Part shown: in pieces, positions 17,646 through 27,248 of the stretch
How positions within the stretch are numbered: the stretch's first letter is position 1
Layout: each line of letters starts with the position of its first letter
Source: Minisyncoccota bacterium
GTDB lineage: Bacteria; Patescibacteriota; Minisyncoccia; Phycocordibacterales; UBA5272
Direction: 5' to 3'
Assembly (NCBI GenBank): GCA_018062965.1
Contig: JAGORG010000001.1
Location: forward strand, 7,488 to 71,487
DNA length: 64,000 nucleotides
Program-made: the position numbers and the translations under genes
Notes under the pieces: model-generated
What the model was told of the DNA's origin: nothing
The model's database searches: none
The model's input: only the letters and a program-made list of their open reading frames with translations

Positions 17646-20600
17646 CTAGATATTTCTTGTCCCTCGGCAGTACGGGAACTTTGAACAGCCATAGAACTTA
17701 CCGCGTCGGCCGTTCCTCAATATCATTTTCGCGGAACAGCGAGGGCAATCTACATTCGATAGGACCGGGGCCGGACGCTCGGCTCTTGCGCCGCTTCCGT
17801 GGGATTTACAGTAACGGCAGAAACGGCCGTATCCGGTAACCAAACTGTTGTCCTTAAAGTCCTCGTCCTCTCGTATCTCTTTGCACTTTGGGCATTCCTT
17901 CTTGTCCCCGTTTTGGAGGCCTTCGACTGTTTCTTGGATATTGTCGAGGAACCCATTGCGAGGGCTGTTTCTAAAAAGGTCGCTAATCCGCTCGTCCAAG
18001 GTAGCGATAGGATTTGTTCCGATATTGAACTTGTTTATACGCAAGAACTTATATCCGTAGCTCTCTAACACTTTCTCGCGGTACACGTCTCCCTCGGAAT
18101 AGTAATTCTTGTAGTTGAACTCGTTTACCTCATCAATATTCTTGAAGTGCTCGCGGAAACCGTCGTACTCGATAATAATTTTATGCTCGCGGTGGTTCTC
18201 GTCCTTGTACACCAAGAGGAAATCAACCTTGTAGTTGGCGTGCTGATAGCTAATATCCAACTGCTTTAGATATTTTCCAATCTCGAATTGCGGAATGAAC
18301 TCAATGCTATCTTTATTCTTTTGCCAGAACTCCGTTTGGTAAAACCAATTGAGAACCTCCGGCTCCATTTTCGAGCTTTGGTCAACGTCGGCCGAGGTCC
18401 TTTCCTTCTTGGCTTCTTCCAACACGTTGTAGTAATGACGCAAAGCGTCACCAATCGAGCCGTCGTACTTATCGAGCGGTTTGCTCAAGACAAAGTGCAT
18501 ACATTCTTTTGCACGGCTGAAACCGACGTTGAGACGCTGTACTTTTATCTTTCCGTCTTCCTCGCTATCAACGCTGTTGAGGTCCTTAATGAATACGCCC
18601 CATAGTTTGTCGGAAACCTCATTGGCAACCATTGAATAGAAAATGATGTCGCGTTCCTCGCCTTGGCAAGTATCGAACGTCATTATCTTGAGCTTGAGTT
18701 TGTCGAAATAGTAATCGCGCTCCGGTAGCTTGCTGATTTCGTCAATAAGGATTTTCTGTTGGTTCGTGTGCGGCGTGATAATTCCCACACTCAAACCTTT
18801 GTCGGCCTCACGAAGCGCTTGGAGTTCGGAGATTATTAACTCGATTTCTTTTCTATTGGTGTTTGGTATCAACTCAACTTTTCCGTCGCTCTCGGCAAAA
18901 GAGAACTTAATAACCTCGTCCATTGCCTTGCCGCGTATCTTCATTACCTGCAAGCTGTTTTGATAGAAATACTTGTTGGAGTAAGAAATGATTTCTTTGT
19001 ATCCTCGGAAATGCTTAAGAAGCTGGATATTGTAGTTGCTTATGAACTCGAAGAACTCAAGTATCGAGGTCTTGATGTCGAACTTGGCCAACTTCACTTG
19101 CTTTGCGTCCTCTTGGGAAACCTCACGTCGGAACACTTCCGCCAATGCGTTGAGATACTCTCGGTTTGTTTCCGACCTCGCTTGTGCGGCCTTTATGTTG
19201 CTGAACTGCCTCTTGTCTCCAAGAATAAGAACCTTCTTTGCGCGTATGAGAGCCGGGAACGCTTGCGCGATGCTGACCTGCGAGGCCTCGTCAATTATCA
19301 CCAAGTCGAATATGCCGGCTTCCAACGGTATGTATTCCGCGTAATCTCTAATGCCGGCCAATATGCAAGGGAACGCGTCTTTGAGTTTTGCGAACTGCTC
19401 TTTAGGGAACTGCTTTTTGTCACGGATAATATTTCGCAATGTCTCCGCGTCGTTCTTGTTGTGTTCGTAAAAATCAATGAGGCGTGAATCGAGAAGGTGG
19501 GTTACTTGGGTTGTGACGAGCGTTTCGACTTCCTTTTTGTGCGATGCGTAATTAAGTTTTGGGATACATCCGAAACGAGTTGAAATCGCATTCTTGAGGC
19601 CGGCAAATCTCATGGCCTTCTCAAACTCCATAGACGACATGTCTACGAGCTTATTCTTAAACCACGTCAAAATATTCTTATCCGAAATGCCGGTTTTCTT
19701 GAGTGACTTAGGGTATAGCTCGAAACCCTCCGAGAACTTTTCTACTTGCTCCATGAGCGAACCGGCAAGCTCTTTGCTTTCAGTAACTCCGTGCATGTCC
19801 GCAAGAAGGTCTGTAAGCGTCCCTAGATAATCTCCCTTGATTTCGACAAGGTAATCGCTGTGCTTCCTTATGGCGTTGAGGTGGTCGAAAATCTCAATCG
19901 CATTTCCAATATCCGAAAGCGACTCTTGGACCTTCTCGTATTTGGAGAATGGTAAGAGTGTACGGAAACGAGCGTTGAGCGCTTCAACTTTTGTACCAGC
20001 AAACAAGAAACCGAGCACCGGCAACTTTGCGTCACGACACTCTTTTACAAGCTCTTTTAGTTTTGGCAAATCCTCGTCGCTAAAATGTCCGAGGTTTGAA
20101 ATGGCAGAAAGTTTTGTCTCGTATTTTGCCGACACCTCAATAAGAGCGGCACTTACCGACGAGATTTGAGACAGAAAACCTACAAAGGCCTCTTTGGTTT
20201 TAATGTCCTCAATATCAACACCTAGGAACTTGGCAACATGGATAGCTTCAAGCTGATTTCTAAGGCCAAGGAGAAAAGCTCGCAATTCTTCAAAGTAACC
20301 AATCTCGTACTGGTTGGCTGAAAGCTCATCCACATCAAACAAGAAACTCTCTTTTTCGTAGTAGCTTTCGAGGTCGTAGTAGTCGCGGATTTCCTTTAGG
20401 TCCACGTCGCTGTACGCCACAATCTCGGCCTCAATATCTTCCTTCAAAGAGTTTTGCAACTTTGAAATATTTTCGGTGAGCACGTCGTAATCTTTCTTCA
20501 CCGCTCGGTGGTGAGCTTTGATTTTCTCGATTGTCGCCTTGGAAAGGATTTGGCTATACGTGTTTCCGGTTTTACCGAGACGGAGTATTGGATTTTGGAA

Positions 20601-22190
20601 ACCTTCCTCGTCGAAACGGACCTTATCCATTGTCTCGGTAATTTTGTCCTCGACAACATCAAGCGCTTCTTTCTTATCCGAAAGAACTAAGACGGATTGG
20701 TGCCGGAGTATCGCATCAAAAATGATTGCCGTAATCGTATGGCTCTTACCGGTTCCCGGTGGTCCCTCAACAACCAAATACTTACAGTTATCTTTGCGTA
20801 TGGCTGACAATATTTGTAGCTGTTCGCTGTTCAAGGGAATAGGGCTAGCAAATACGAGCTTGTCCGGTACGTCGGTCCCGTCCCATTCGCTCTCCACCTC
20901 GGGATTAACAGGGTCCGGGTTTTTGTGTATGAAATCTTCTACCAAAAGATTGAACATTTCCGCGAGTAGCCCCGTATCGGAGTTCAATTCCTGCAAGATT
21001 TCTTCGTAGTCGTTTACGAGTGCTTCGTCGGACTTGTCGAATAGGGAGAGATAAAGGGAGTTGGATACGCGCGCGTGTAAGCTCCGTGACAGTTGGGTTT
21101 GGTCGCTTGAAACATCAACCTTTTTGTCCAACTCGAAGTTGTTTACAATCTCGCTCAAAATGCTGTTGAGGAACTCGGGCAAATCGTTTTTGTGTTGTGA
21201 CAAATAGATAATACGCTCGGTAATTGAGCGAAGATTTCCGCGAGTACCTTTTTGGTTGTTGTATTCCTGAACTATGAACTCAAGCGCTCTCTTGTTGATA
21301 TAAACTTGCGAATCGAACTCAATCTTGAATACGTCGTTGTCCCGGCGCACGGTAAAGGGAGTATAGAAAATCGGATACTTAACCTTGTTGAAAGTGATGT
21401 CACAGAAATATAAATAGAAATCTTGCTTATCGAGAATGGCTCTGTTTCGGTCCATTTCAAACACCTCCGCGAAAAGGTCACCCACTTGGAAGCTCTCGAA
21501 AAAACCTAGAATGCTTGTCTTGATACTCTCGATGTCGAAAGCTGTTTTGAGTTCCTTGGCCGCGTTTACTTTCTCGTCGGCAATAAGATTTTTGAGAAGT
21601 TCGGAAACCTTGTTCTCAAGCATTCTTAGAAGAACCTCGGTAAGTTCTTCCTCCATTAGATAAATGTCGTTCTCGTCGCCGATGTCGAGGTTTTCGATTG
21701 ATTTCTCAATACTTCCAACGAACGGCAGTACCAATCCTTGTTTAACAATGCCGGCGGTATTTTCGAGAGAAACCGAAAGTCCTTTCTCGTATTCTTTTTT
21801 GTATAGGGCGGCCGCCTTTTCGATTTCCTCCGCTATCAATGCAAGAGTTTCCTTAACTTGTGTCGGCGATATTTTGCCGACTTGCAACGTAATCAAGTCG
21901 AGCAGGTTCTTCGGGAGGTTTGATTTGTAGACCCCTTTTTGGAGGGTGCTTAGAGCGTCTTTATCAAATGACTTTTTAATGAGCGAATGTATGTCTTTAG
22001 AAAAAGAGGGGTATTTGGCAAGATTTACGCCAATCAAAAGATTGTCCGGGTTGCGGAGCTTAACGGAGCGGCGCGGGTTTTTCCTCTTATGGAAATCCGT
22101 TTCGAGGAAGTCCATAAAATACTTCGCAACTTCCTTGACGAAAAGAAGATTGCCGGTGACCTGTTCTTTTTTAGTGGTTTCGGTAGGCAT
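17646..22190 (-). CDS. 1514-aa Upf1/DNA2-like SF1 helicase fused to DUF559/Vsr-like endonuclease domain and C-terminal topoisomerase-type C4 zinc ribbons; long N-terminal region of unknown function
   Basis: Walker A VVEGPPGTGKSHTI, Walker B LVIIDEASQV, motif TFDTCQGEERDIIF, then YKVDFLLVY...IIIEYDGFREH, then CPKCK...CRYCK...CPRCS...CSKFPYC. Confidence 0.75.
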   Translation of the reverse strand: MPTETTKKEQVTGNLLFVKEVAKYFMDFLETDFHKRKNPRRSVKLRNPDNLLIGVNLAKYPSFSKDIHSLIKKSFDKDALSTLQKGVYKSNLPKNLLDLITLQVGKISPTQVKETLALIAEEIEKAAALYKKEYEKGLSVSLENTAGIVKQGLVLPFVGSIEKSIENLDIGDENDIYLMEEELTEVLLRMLENKVSELLKNLIADEKVNAAKELKTAFDIESIKTSILGFFESFQVGDLFAEVFEMDRNRAILDKQDFYLYFCDITFNKVKYPIFYTPFTVRRDNDVFKIEFDSQVYINKRALEFIVQEYNNQKGTRGNLRSITERIIYLSQHKNDLPEFLNSILSEIVNNFELDKKVDVSSDQTQLSRSLHARVSNSLYLSLFDKSDEALVNDYEEILQELNSDTGLLAEMFNLLVEDFIHKNPDPVNPEVESEWDGTDVPDKLVFASPIPLNSEQLQILSAIRKDNCKYLVVEGPPGTGKSHTITAIIFDAILRHQSVLVLSDKKEALDVVEDKITETMDKVRFDEEGFQNPILRLGKTGNTYSQILSKATIEKIKAHHRAVKKDYDVLTENISKLQNSLKEDIEAEIVAYSDVDLKEIRDYYDLESYYEKESFLFDVDELSANQYEIGYFEELRAFLLGLRNQLEAIHVAKFLGVDIEDIKTKEAFVGFLSQISSVSAALIEVSAKYETKLSAISNLGHFSDEDLPKLKELVKECRDAKLPVLGFLFAGTKVEALNARFRTLLPFSKYEKVQESLSDIGNAIEIFDHLNAIRKHSDYLVEIKGDYLGTLTDLLADMHGVTESKELAGSLMEQVEKFSEGFELYPKSLKKTGISDKNILTWFKNKLVDMSSMEFEKAMRFAGLKNAISTRFGCIPKLNYASHKKEVETLVTTQVTHLLDSRLIDFYEHNKNDAETLRNIIRDKKQFPKEQFAKLKDAFPCILAGIRDYAEYIPLEAGIFDLVIIDEASQVSIAQAFPALIRAKKVLILGDKRQFSNIKAAQARSETNREYLNALAEVFRREVSQEDAKQVKLAKFDIKTSILEFFEFISNYNIQLLKHFRGYKEIISYSNKYFYQNSLQVMKIRGKAMDEVIKFSFAESDGKVELIPNTNRKEIELIISELQALREADKGLSVGIITPHTNQQKILIDEISKLPERDYYFDKLKLKIMTFDTCQGEERDIIFYSMVANEVSDKLWGVFIKDLNSVDSEEDGKIKVQRLNVGFSRAKECMHFVLSKPLDKYDGSIGDALRHYYNVLEEAKKERTSADVDQSSKMEPEVLNWFYQTEFWQKNKDSIEFIPQFEIGKYLKQLDISYQHANYKVDFLLVYKDENHREHKIIIEYDGFREHFKNIDEVNEFNYKNYYSEGDVYREKVLESYGYKFLRINKFNIGTNPIATLDERISDLFRNSPRNGFLDNIQETVEGLQNGDKKECPKCKEIREDEDFKDNSLVTGYGRFCRYCKSHGSGARAERPAPVLSNVDCPRCSAKMILRNGRRGKFYGCSKFPYCRGTRNI

Positions 22191-22193
22191 TTT

Positions 22194-22376
22194 TTATCTC
22201 CGTTTGCGAAGGTTGGAGTTTTCCTTAAGGAACTTTTGCAAGTCCGCTTCCTTAATGCGCCAGTAACCGACTTTTGTGGCCATTAAGCGCTTGCTATGGA
22301 TATACCGAAACACCGAACGCTCACTCACTCGCAAGCGTGTCGCAACCTCTCTTAGTGTAAGCAGTTTCTCTCCCAT
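22194..22376 (-). CDS. excisionase/AlpA/MerR-type HTH DNA-binding protein (60 aa)
   Basis: LTLREVATRLRVSERSVFRYIHSKRL...GYWRIKEADLQKF. Confidence 0.65.
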   Translation of the reverse strand: MGEKLLTLREVATRLRVSERSVFRYIHSKRLMATKVGYWRIKEADLQKFLKENSNLRKRR

Positions 22377-22404
22377 AAGGTTATTACAATTCTATTATTT
22401 CCAT

Positions 22405-22445
22405 TTCAAGTTGTCAAAATGTGTCAAGGTCGTTAAAATGGATAT
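22405..22445. promoter_or_regulatory. divergent promoter/operator region with two TGTCAA repeats 10 bp apart (TTGTCAAAATGTGTCAAGG)
   Basis: between divergently transcribed xis-like gene and 22446 operon. Confidence 0.4.
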
Positions 22446-23162
22446 GTGGGGTCAAATATGAAAATGACGATGAAAGTAAGTAAGGGTGAGTATAGAAAAA
22501 TCCTCTCCGCCTTCTCCGATAAGGCGGCTCTTGATATTCGACATTTATGTTCTGTTCTTCTTAAAGCAGAGTTAGAAGACCGGCTCGATATAGAGCGAAA
22601 TATTTTGGATATAGAAGATATTGCGGCAAGCGCTATACCGGAGAACCAACTAAAATCAATCTACGAAAGAATGACGGGCGATTTGGGGATTTTAAAAACA
22701 GCGACACCGGTTACCAAGAAAATGCTGAAACTAGATTTTAGCGGCTTGGAAATCAATACGGAAAACGCTATTACGCTTTCGCAAGTCGCCGACGAAATGG
22801 GCCGGCCGGCACATCCGCTTTGGAACAGAAAATCTAAGAGTGAACAGGAAGAAACTCCCGATGAAGATTTGTGGCTCGATGAGGAAAACGGCTTAATCCA
22901 TTTTCGAGGCAGAAAATGCAAGTTGGGTATCGGAGATATTGATTACTTTTTAATACAAACTTTACTTAAGTCCCCAATAGGTAAGCGAGTTGCCGAAGAC
23001 GATATTTTGGAAGCAGATGATTTTGTTCAACGCACCAGAAAAAGCAAAAAGTCACGACGTCTATATGACGCTCGTCGTCGTCTAAATAACAAAATGGCTC
23101 TTGATTTAGGGATAACAGAGTTTGTCGGTTTCGAGAAATCTTACTTTTGGAGAAATCAGTAG
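22446..23162 (+). CDS. hypothetical protein (238 aa)
   Basis: ORF. Confidence 0.45.
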   Translation: MGSNMKMTMKVSKGEYRKILSAFSDKAALDIRHLCSVLLKAELEDRLDIERNILDIEDIAASAIPENQLKSIYERMTGDLGILKTATPVTKKMLKLDFSGLEINTENAITLSQVADEMGRPAHPLWNRKSKSEQEETPDEDLWLDEENGLIHFRGRKCKLGIGDIDYFLIQTLLKSPIGKRVAEDDILEADDFVQRTRKSKKSRRLYDARRRLNNKMALDLGITEFVGFEKSYFWRNQ

Positions 23163-23242
23163 AGCAATAATTATTGGCTCGATGTGAGTCAAGTTGGTTC
23201 TCATGCTCCTTAGCTACGCTACACACGTAGCTTTTTTGCTAT

Positions 23243-23503
23243 GTGATTATGACGATGAAAAAGGACAATTCGGTTAGCTTCTATCGCACGTCGGACCTCG
23301 CGTTGACGTGTGCTCTTTGCATTGTCGGCTTTATTGCCGAGGACGTGGAAGCTATCGGTCCTACAAGGTCGGTCTTCGTCTTCAAGAGTTCGGAAGAACT
23401 AAGCACAGCAATAAAACGCTACTGGATGAGCGAGCTTCGAGTGGAACCGCAAGCATATTTCAATATGCTTAAAGTCCTTAAAGCTCGGCTCTATCAGCGT
23501 TGA
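23243..23503 (+). CDS. hypothetical protein (86 aa)
   Basis: ORF. Confidence 0.35.
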   Translation: MIMTMKKDNSVSFYRTSDLALTCALCIVGFIAEDVEAIGPTRSVFVFKSSEELSTAIKRYWMSELRVEPQAYFNMLKVLKARLYQR

Positions 23504-23504
23504 G

Positions 23505-23741
23505 ATGCTTTCGCCCGAAGCATTGCAGGAGTTCAAGGATATTTGGAGGGATGAGTTCCATGAGGAAATCCCTGACCATTTTGCTGTTGAGCAAGCAATC
23601 AATCTCTTGGCGATGTTCAACGTAATCTACCGACCTCTCCAACGAGAGTGGCTAAATGACTATGAAAATAAAGAGCATAGGAGAAATCCTCAAGGACCGA
23701 GACAAGAACCAAACCCCGGACCTAAGAGGACTTCCGATTAG
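23505..23741 (+). CDS. hypothetical protein (78 aa)
   Basis: ORF; overlaps next ORF by 86 nt. Confidence 0.3.
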   Translation: MLSPEALQEFKDIWRDEFHEEIPDHFAVEQAINLLAMFNVIYRPLQREWLNDYENKEHRRNPQGPRQEPNPGPKRTSD

Positions 23742-24165
23742 GCCACGAAATAAGCAAAACCGTTTCTACATAGATAACGAGTTTCTCGAAAGAGGTTATG
23801 TAGCAAGGTTCAAGAAGTTCCCACTCATTCCCGTATACGCCGTCTTGTGTAAGTACGCCAACGCACGAACGCAAAAATGTTGGCCGGCGTGCGAAACGAT
23901 AATAAAAGAAACCGGAATAAAGAACCGAAATACTGTTTGGGCTGTCATTACTCTCTTGGAGAAATTAAGCATCATCTATACAGAGCGTTCGAGCGGTAGA
24001 ACCTCGAATAGATACTGGATGCTCGATAGCAAATATTGGAAAGAGCCGAACAGTATCACGGTTGATACGGTTAGGGATTGGGTCAACAAGAACCGTATCA
24101 AAAAGAAACCAACCGTATCAAATGAGGAAACGAACAGTATTCCCGGTGATACGCGAAGTCATTAA
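23656..24165 (+). CDS. HTH protein resembling phage/plasmid replication-initiator or DnaD-like N-terminal domain
   Basis: YAVLCKYANARTQKCWPACETIIKETGIKNRNTVWAVITLLEKLSII; true start uncertain. Confidence 0.4.
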   Translation: MTMKIKSIGEILKDRDKNQTPDLRGLPIRPRNKQNRFYIDNEFLERGYVARFKKFPLIPVYAVLCKYANARTQKCWPACETIIKETGIKNRNTVWAVITLLEKLSIIYTERSSGRTSNRYWMLDSKYWKEPNSITVDTVRDWVNKNRIKKKPTVSNEETNSIPGDTRSH

Positions 24166-24197
24166 ATCTTAGAAATCAAATAAATATATAAATCACT

Positions 24198-24545
24198 ATG
24201 ACAATGAAAAAAGAAAAACGATTGCCAATTGGTTACGTGCTTGGTGAGAAAAAGCAGGTTGTTCTATCAAACGACCAAGAAGTTATTACGGCGCTCTTTG
24301 GTTACTTTGCTCGAATGCATAGCGAAGCACATAGTCGAGCCACCAAACGAGGAATTGCTGAGGCAAAGAAGCGATGCGAAACATCCGAAGCTAATGAAGT
24401 CATTGCTTCAGCTAGAGGCAAGGGACATGTTGCTCACCGCTTTCTTAAAAAGCCATTGGCCTTAGACGGAAAGAAACTATTTGTGAATAAATCCAGCTTT
24501 CTAAAGGTACATCGACTAACGAGAGCACCGCGCGCGAGTGTCTAA
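24198..24545 (+). CDS. hypothetical protein (115 aa)
   Basis: ORF. Confidence 0.35.
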   Translation: MTMKKEKRLPIGYVLGEKKQVVLSNDQEVITALFGYFARMHSEAHSRATKRGIAEAKKRCETSEANEVIASARGKGHVAHRFLKKPLALDGKKLFVNKSSFLKVHRLTRAPRASV

Positions 24546-24587
24546 ACCCAATTATTCAAATATTGGCCCCACCTATACCTCGAAGCT

Positions 24588-24926
24588 ATGAAATGCAAAC
24601 ATGTAAAACCAAATAAAAGTAAGTGCAAAGCCAACGCAATGGTAGGTAAAGATTGTTGCTTCATGCACAACCCGGATACACGTAAGAAGCTCCTTGAAGC
24701 ATCACGCAAAGGTGGCAAGTCGAATAAGCGTGAACGCCGCAAACTACGGATACTCAAAACACGTTTAAAGACCCCCGAGGGTATCCGCAAACTCCTTGAA
24801 GAAACGGTGGTCCAACTTAATGACGGAAAGATTGATGAGAAGACCGCAAACACCGTTGCATACCTGTCCTCCAACCTAATGAAAGCCCTAGAACTCAAGC
24901 ACGATAAGGACTATTGGGAGCTATAA
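24588..24926 (+). CDS. hypothetical basic protein with N-terminal Cys/His cluster
   Basis: ORF. Confidence 0.35.
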   Translation: MKCKHVKPNKSKCKANAMVGKDCCFMHNPDTRKKLLEASRKGGKSNKRERRKLRILKTRLKTPEGIRKLLEETVVQLNDGKIDEKTANTVAYLSSNLMKALELKHDKDYWEL

Positions 24927-24959
24927 AAATGCTTCCAAAGCACCCCCTAAAAATGTTAT

Positions 24960-25170
24960 GATTTATATGCTACCCGTTAGAACAAATACCGCACGAGGTT
25001 TTCGTCTTTTTTGGCGCCGTTTATGGGCTGAAAGGGGCAGTCAAGACCTCCGTAAACGGTGCCTCGTGCATTCGTTCTTGCGGGTAGCAGGCAACTTGGC
25101 TGTCCCTTTTTGCGTTGTCCCGCGAGAGAGAGCTGTTGCCTCTTATAAGAATTATTTAGCTACGAATAAT
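24960..25170 (+). other. GC-rich, highly structured non-coding segment (nested inverted repeats GCACGAGG/CCTCGTGC, GGCGCCGTTTA/TAAACGGTGCC, CTTGCGGG/CCCGCGAG, GGCAAC/GTTGCC); candidate ncRNA or regulatory leader
   Basis: read directly; the track ORF 24958.. is coding only from the ATG at 25174. Confidence 0.35.
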
Positions 25171-25173
25171 TTT

Positions 25174-25611
25174 ATGGAGGTACAAAAGAAAAAGTATAGT
25201 AAGGGTTTGATAGTGTTCGTGTCTGTCTGTGTGTTTTTCCTAGTGGTTGTTATCGGTTTAAGTTCCGGGTCCGGCGATAAGCAGGCGGAGCAAAAAACGG
25301 AAGCGGTCGCAACCGAACAAACCGACGCCTCAAAGAAAGAAGCACAGGAAGGGCTTGAAGCACTCTTGGCTCTCTCAAAGCAAAGCGGTATCGTCGCGTC
25401 GTACGAGTTTTCCGATACTGCAAATGTTGTTTACGTGACCGATGTTTGGTATTCGCTCGATGTTCCTTTCAAGAAGGACCTCGTTGGAAAAATCGCATCA
25501 CTCAAAGAAGCCGCAACCGGCTACCACACGTTCCAAGTTATGAATGTAAAGTCGAATGAGAAAGTGGCAGAGGTTACCTCGTTTAGCGGCTCGATAGAGA
25601 TTTATAAATAA
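25174..25611 (+). CDS. membrane-anchored hypothetical protein (146 aa; MEVQKKKYSKGLIVFVSVCVFFLVVVIG...)
   Basis: start moved to in-frame ATG preceding the TM helix. Confidence 0.45.
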   Translation: MEVQKKKYSKGLIVFVSVCVFFLVVVIGLSSGSGDKQAEQKTEAVATEQTDASKKEAQEGLEALLALSKQSGIVASYEFSDTANVVYVTDVWYSLDVPFKKDLVGKIASLKEAATGYHTFQVMNVKSNEKVAEVTSFSGSIEIYK

Positions 25612-25616
25612 AACCC

Positions 25617-27248
25617 ATGAAGAATACTGATACTCAAATCAAATACGGAAACTACAACCGCAAAAGTAGTGAAGACCGTGAGCGGCAGATTTTGAGTATC
25701 GGTTCCCAAATTGATTGGGCGAAAGAAGCGGCGGAAAAGCACGCCGTTAAAATCCTCAAGTCATACCAAGAGGAAAAGTCGGCAGAGGCACCCTATCAAC
25801 GTGCCGTCTTCGACCAAATGGTTAAAGATATTCATGCCGGAATAATCAACGCACTTATTTGTTGGAAGTTGGACCGTCTCGCTCGTAATCCCGAAGAAGC
25901 CGGCATCATTCTTGGAATGTTAAAGCGCGGTGAGATAAAGCACATCATCACCAACGAGCGAGAATACCGACCTGAAGACAACGCCATTATCTCCTATGTG
26001 GACTTTGGAATGGCGGACCAGTATTCGCGTGATTTAAGCAAGAACGTTAAGCGAGGTCTAAAAACAAAGCTCAATATGGGTTGGTATCCGAGCCGTGCTC
26101 CATTGGGATATTTGAATACTAAAATTGCGGAGAAAGGTGAGAACACAATCGTAAATGACCCAGAGCGTTTTGAGACAGTAAAGCGCATGTGGCAAACAAT
26201 GCTTACCGGGAGGTATACGGCTCCCCAGATATTGCAGATAGTGAATAACGAATGGAAGTTTAAGACACGAACAACTAAGAAGTTCGTCGGGAAGCCCCTT
26301 TGCCGAGCAACTATCTATAAGATTTTCAATAATCGTTTTTATTGCGGTTTTTACGAGTTCCCGAAAGGAAGCGGAGAATGGTACCGAGGCAAGCACGAAC
26401 CAATGGTTACGGAGGACGAGTTCGAGCAGGTCCAAATGTTGCTCGGCAATAAGAAACGTCCGCGCCCTTTGACGCGTCGGTTCGCTTTTACCGGCCTAAT
26501 GCGTTGCGGAAATTGTGGCGCAATGATTACGGCAGAGGAAAAGATAAAAAGGCAAAAGAATGGAAACGTACACCAGTACATTTATTATCGTTGCACAAAG
26601 CGCATAGACGAGAAGTGTCCCGAGAAAACGGTTGAATTAAAAGAGCTTACCGGGCAGATTGATTTGCTTATCCGTGGCCTCACTATTTCCGACAAGTTTG
26701 CGGCTTGGGCAATCCGTTACCTCCACGAGGTCCGACAAAACGAAGCGAAAAGCCATGAGGAAATGTTCACCAACAAACAGAAACGACTTACCGACGTTGC
26801 AAAGCAAATGAACAATCTCTTACTAAAATATACGTCCTCCGAAAACTCCACCGGTGACCTCATTAACGATACGGAATATAAGACATTAAAGCTCGCTCTT
26901 ACGAGAGAAAAATCTGCGCTTGAAGGTGACTTACAAACACAGAGCAAAGAAATGGAGAGGTGGATTGAGTTGAGCGAACGGACTTTCCACTTTGCCCGTT
27001 ACGCAAGCACTTGGTTTGAAAAAGGCGACCTAGAAACTAAAAGAGCCATTTTTGCCTGTTTAGGTTCGGACCTCATCGTAAAAACCCAAAAGCTCAACAT
27101 ACAACTGCATAAACCGTTCCAATTCATTTTCGATAACCTTGAGGAAATAGAAAAAGAATTGGTTACGGTTAGAACCTCAGAAAGTGAAGTATTTATGGGC
27201 CAGAAAGTATATTTGGACCCAAGTTGTCTTACGTTGCGGAGGAGGTGA
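25617..27248 (+). CDS. large serine recombinase (integrase) paralog 3 (543 aa)
   Basis: YNRKSSEDRERQILSIGSQ ... LICWKLDRLARNP; zinc ribbon CGNCGA...YYRCTK; last 12 nt overlap tRNA-Ser 3' end. Confidence 0.85.
   Translation: MKNTDTQIKYGNYNRKSSEDRERQILSIGSQIDWAKEAAEKHAVKILKSYQEEKSAEAPYQRAVFDQMVKDIHAGIINALICWKLDRLARNPEEAGIILGMLKRGEIKHIITNEREYRPEDNAIISYVDFGMADQYSRDLSKNVKRGLKTKLNMGWYPSRAPLGYLNTKIAEKGENTIVNDPERFETVKRMWQTMLTGRYTAPQILQIVNNEWKFKTRTTKKFVGKPLCRATIYKIFNNRFYCGFYEFPKGSGEWYRGKHEPMVTEDEFEQVQMLLGNKKRPRPLTRRFAFTGLMRCGNCGAMITAEEKIKRQKNGNVHQYIYYRCTKRIDEKCPEKTVELKELTGQIDLLIRGLTISDKFAAWAIRYLHEVRQNEAKSHEEMFTNKQKRLTDVAKQMNNLLLKYTSSENSTGDLINDTEYKTLKLALTREKSALEGDLQTQSKEMERWIELSERTFHFARYASTWFEKGDLETKRAIFACLGSDLIVKTQKLNIQLHKPFQFIFDNLEEIEKELVTVRTSESEVFMGQKVYLDPSCLTLRRR

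Noticed and set aside
17750-22286. Many 60-170-aa ORFs on the plus strand inside the helicase gene (for example 18960..19487, 20518..21009, 21946..22266)
   Set aside because: These are shadow ORFs antisense to a long, motif-rich CDS. They are Ser/Leu/Arg-rich, low-complexity translations.
24958-25173. N-terminal 72 codons of ORF 24958..25611
   Set aside because: The region is GC-rich with nested inverted repeats. The plausible protein starts at the ATG at 25174, just before the TM helix.
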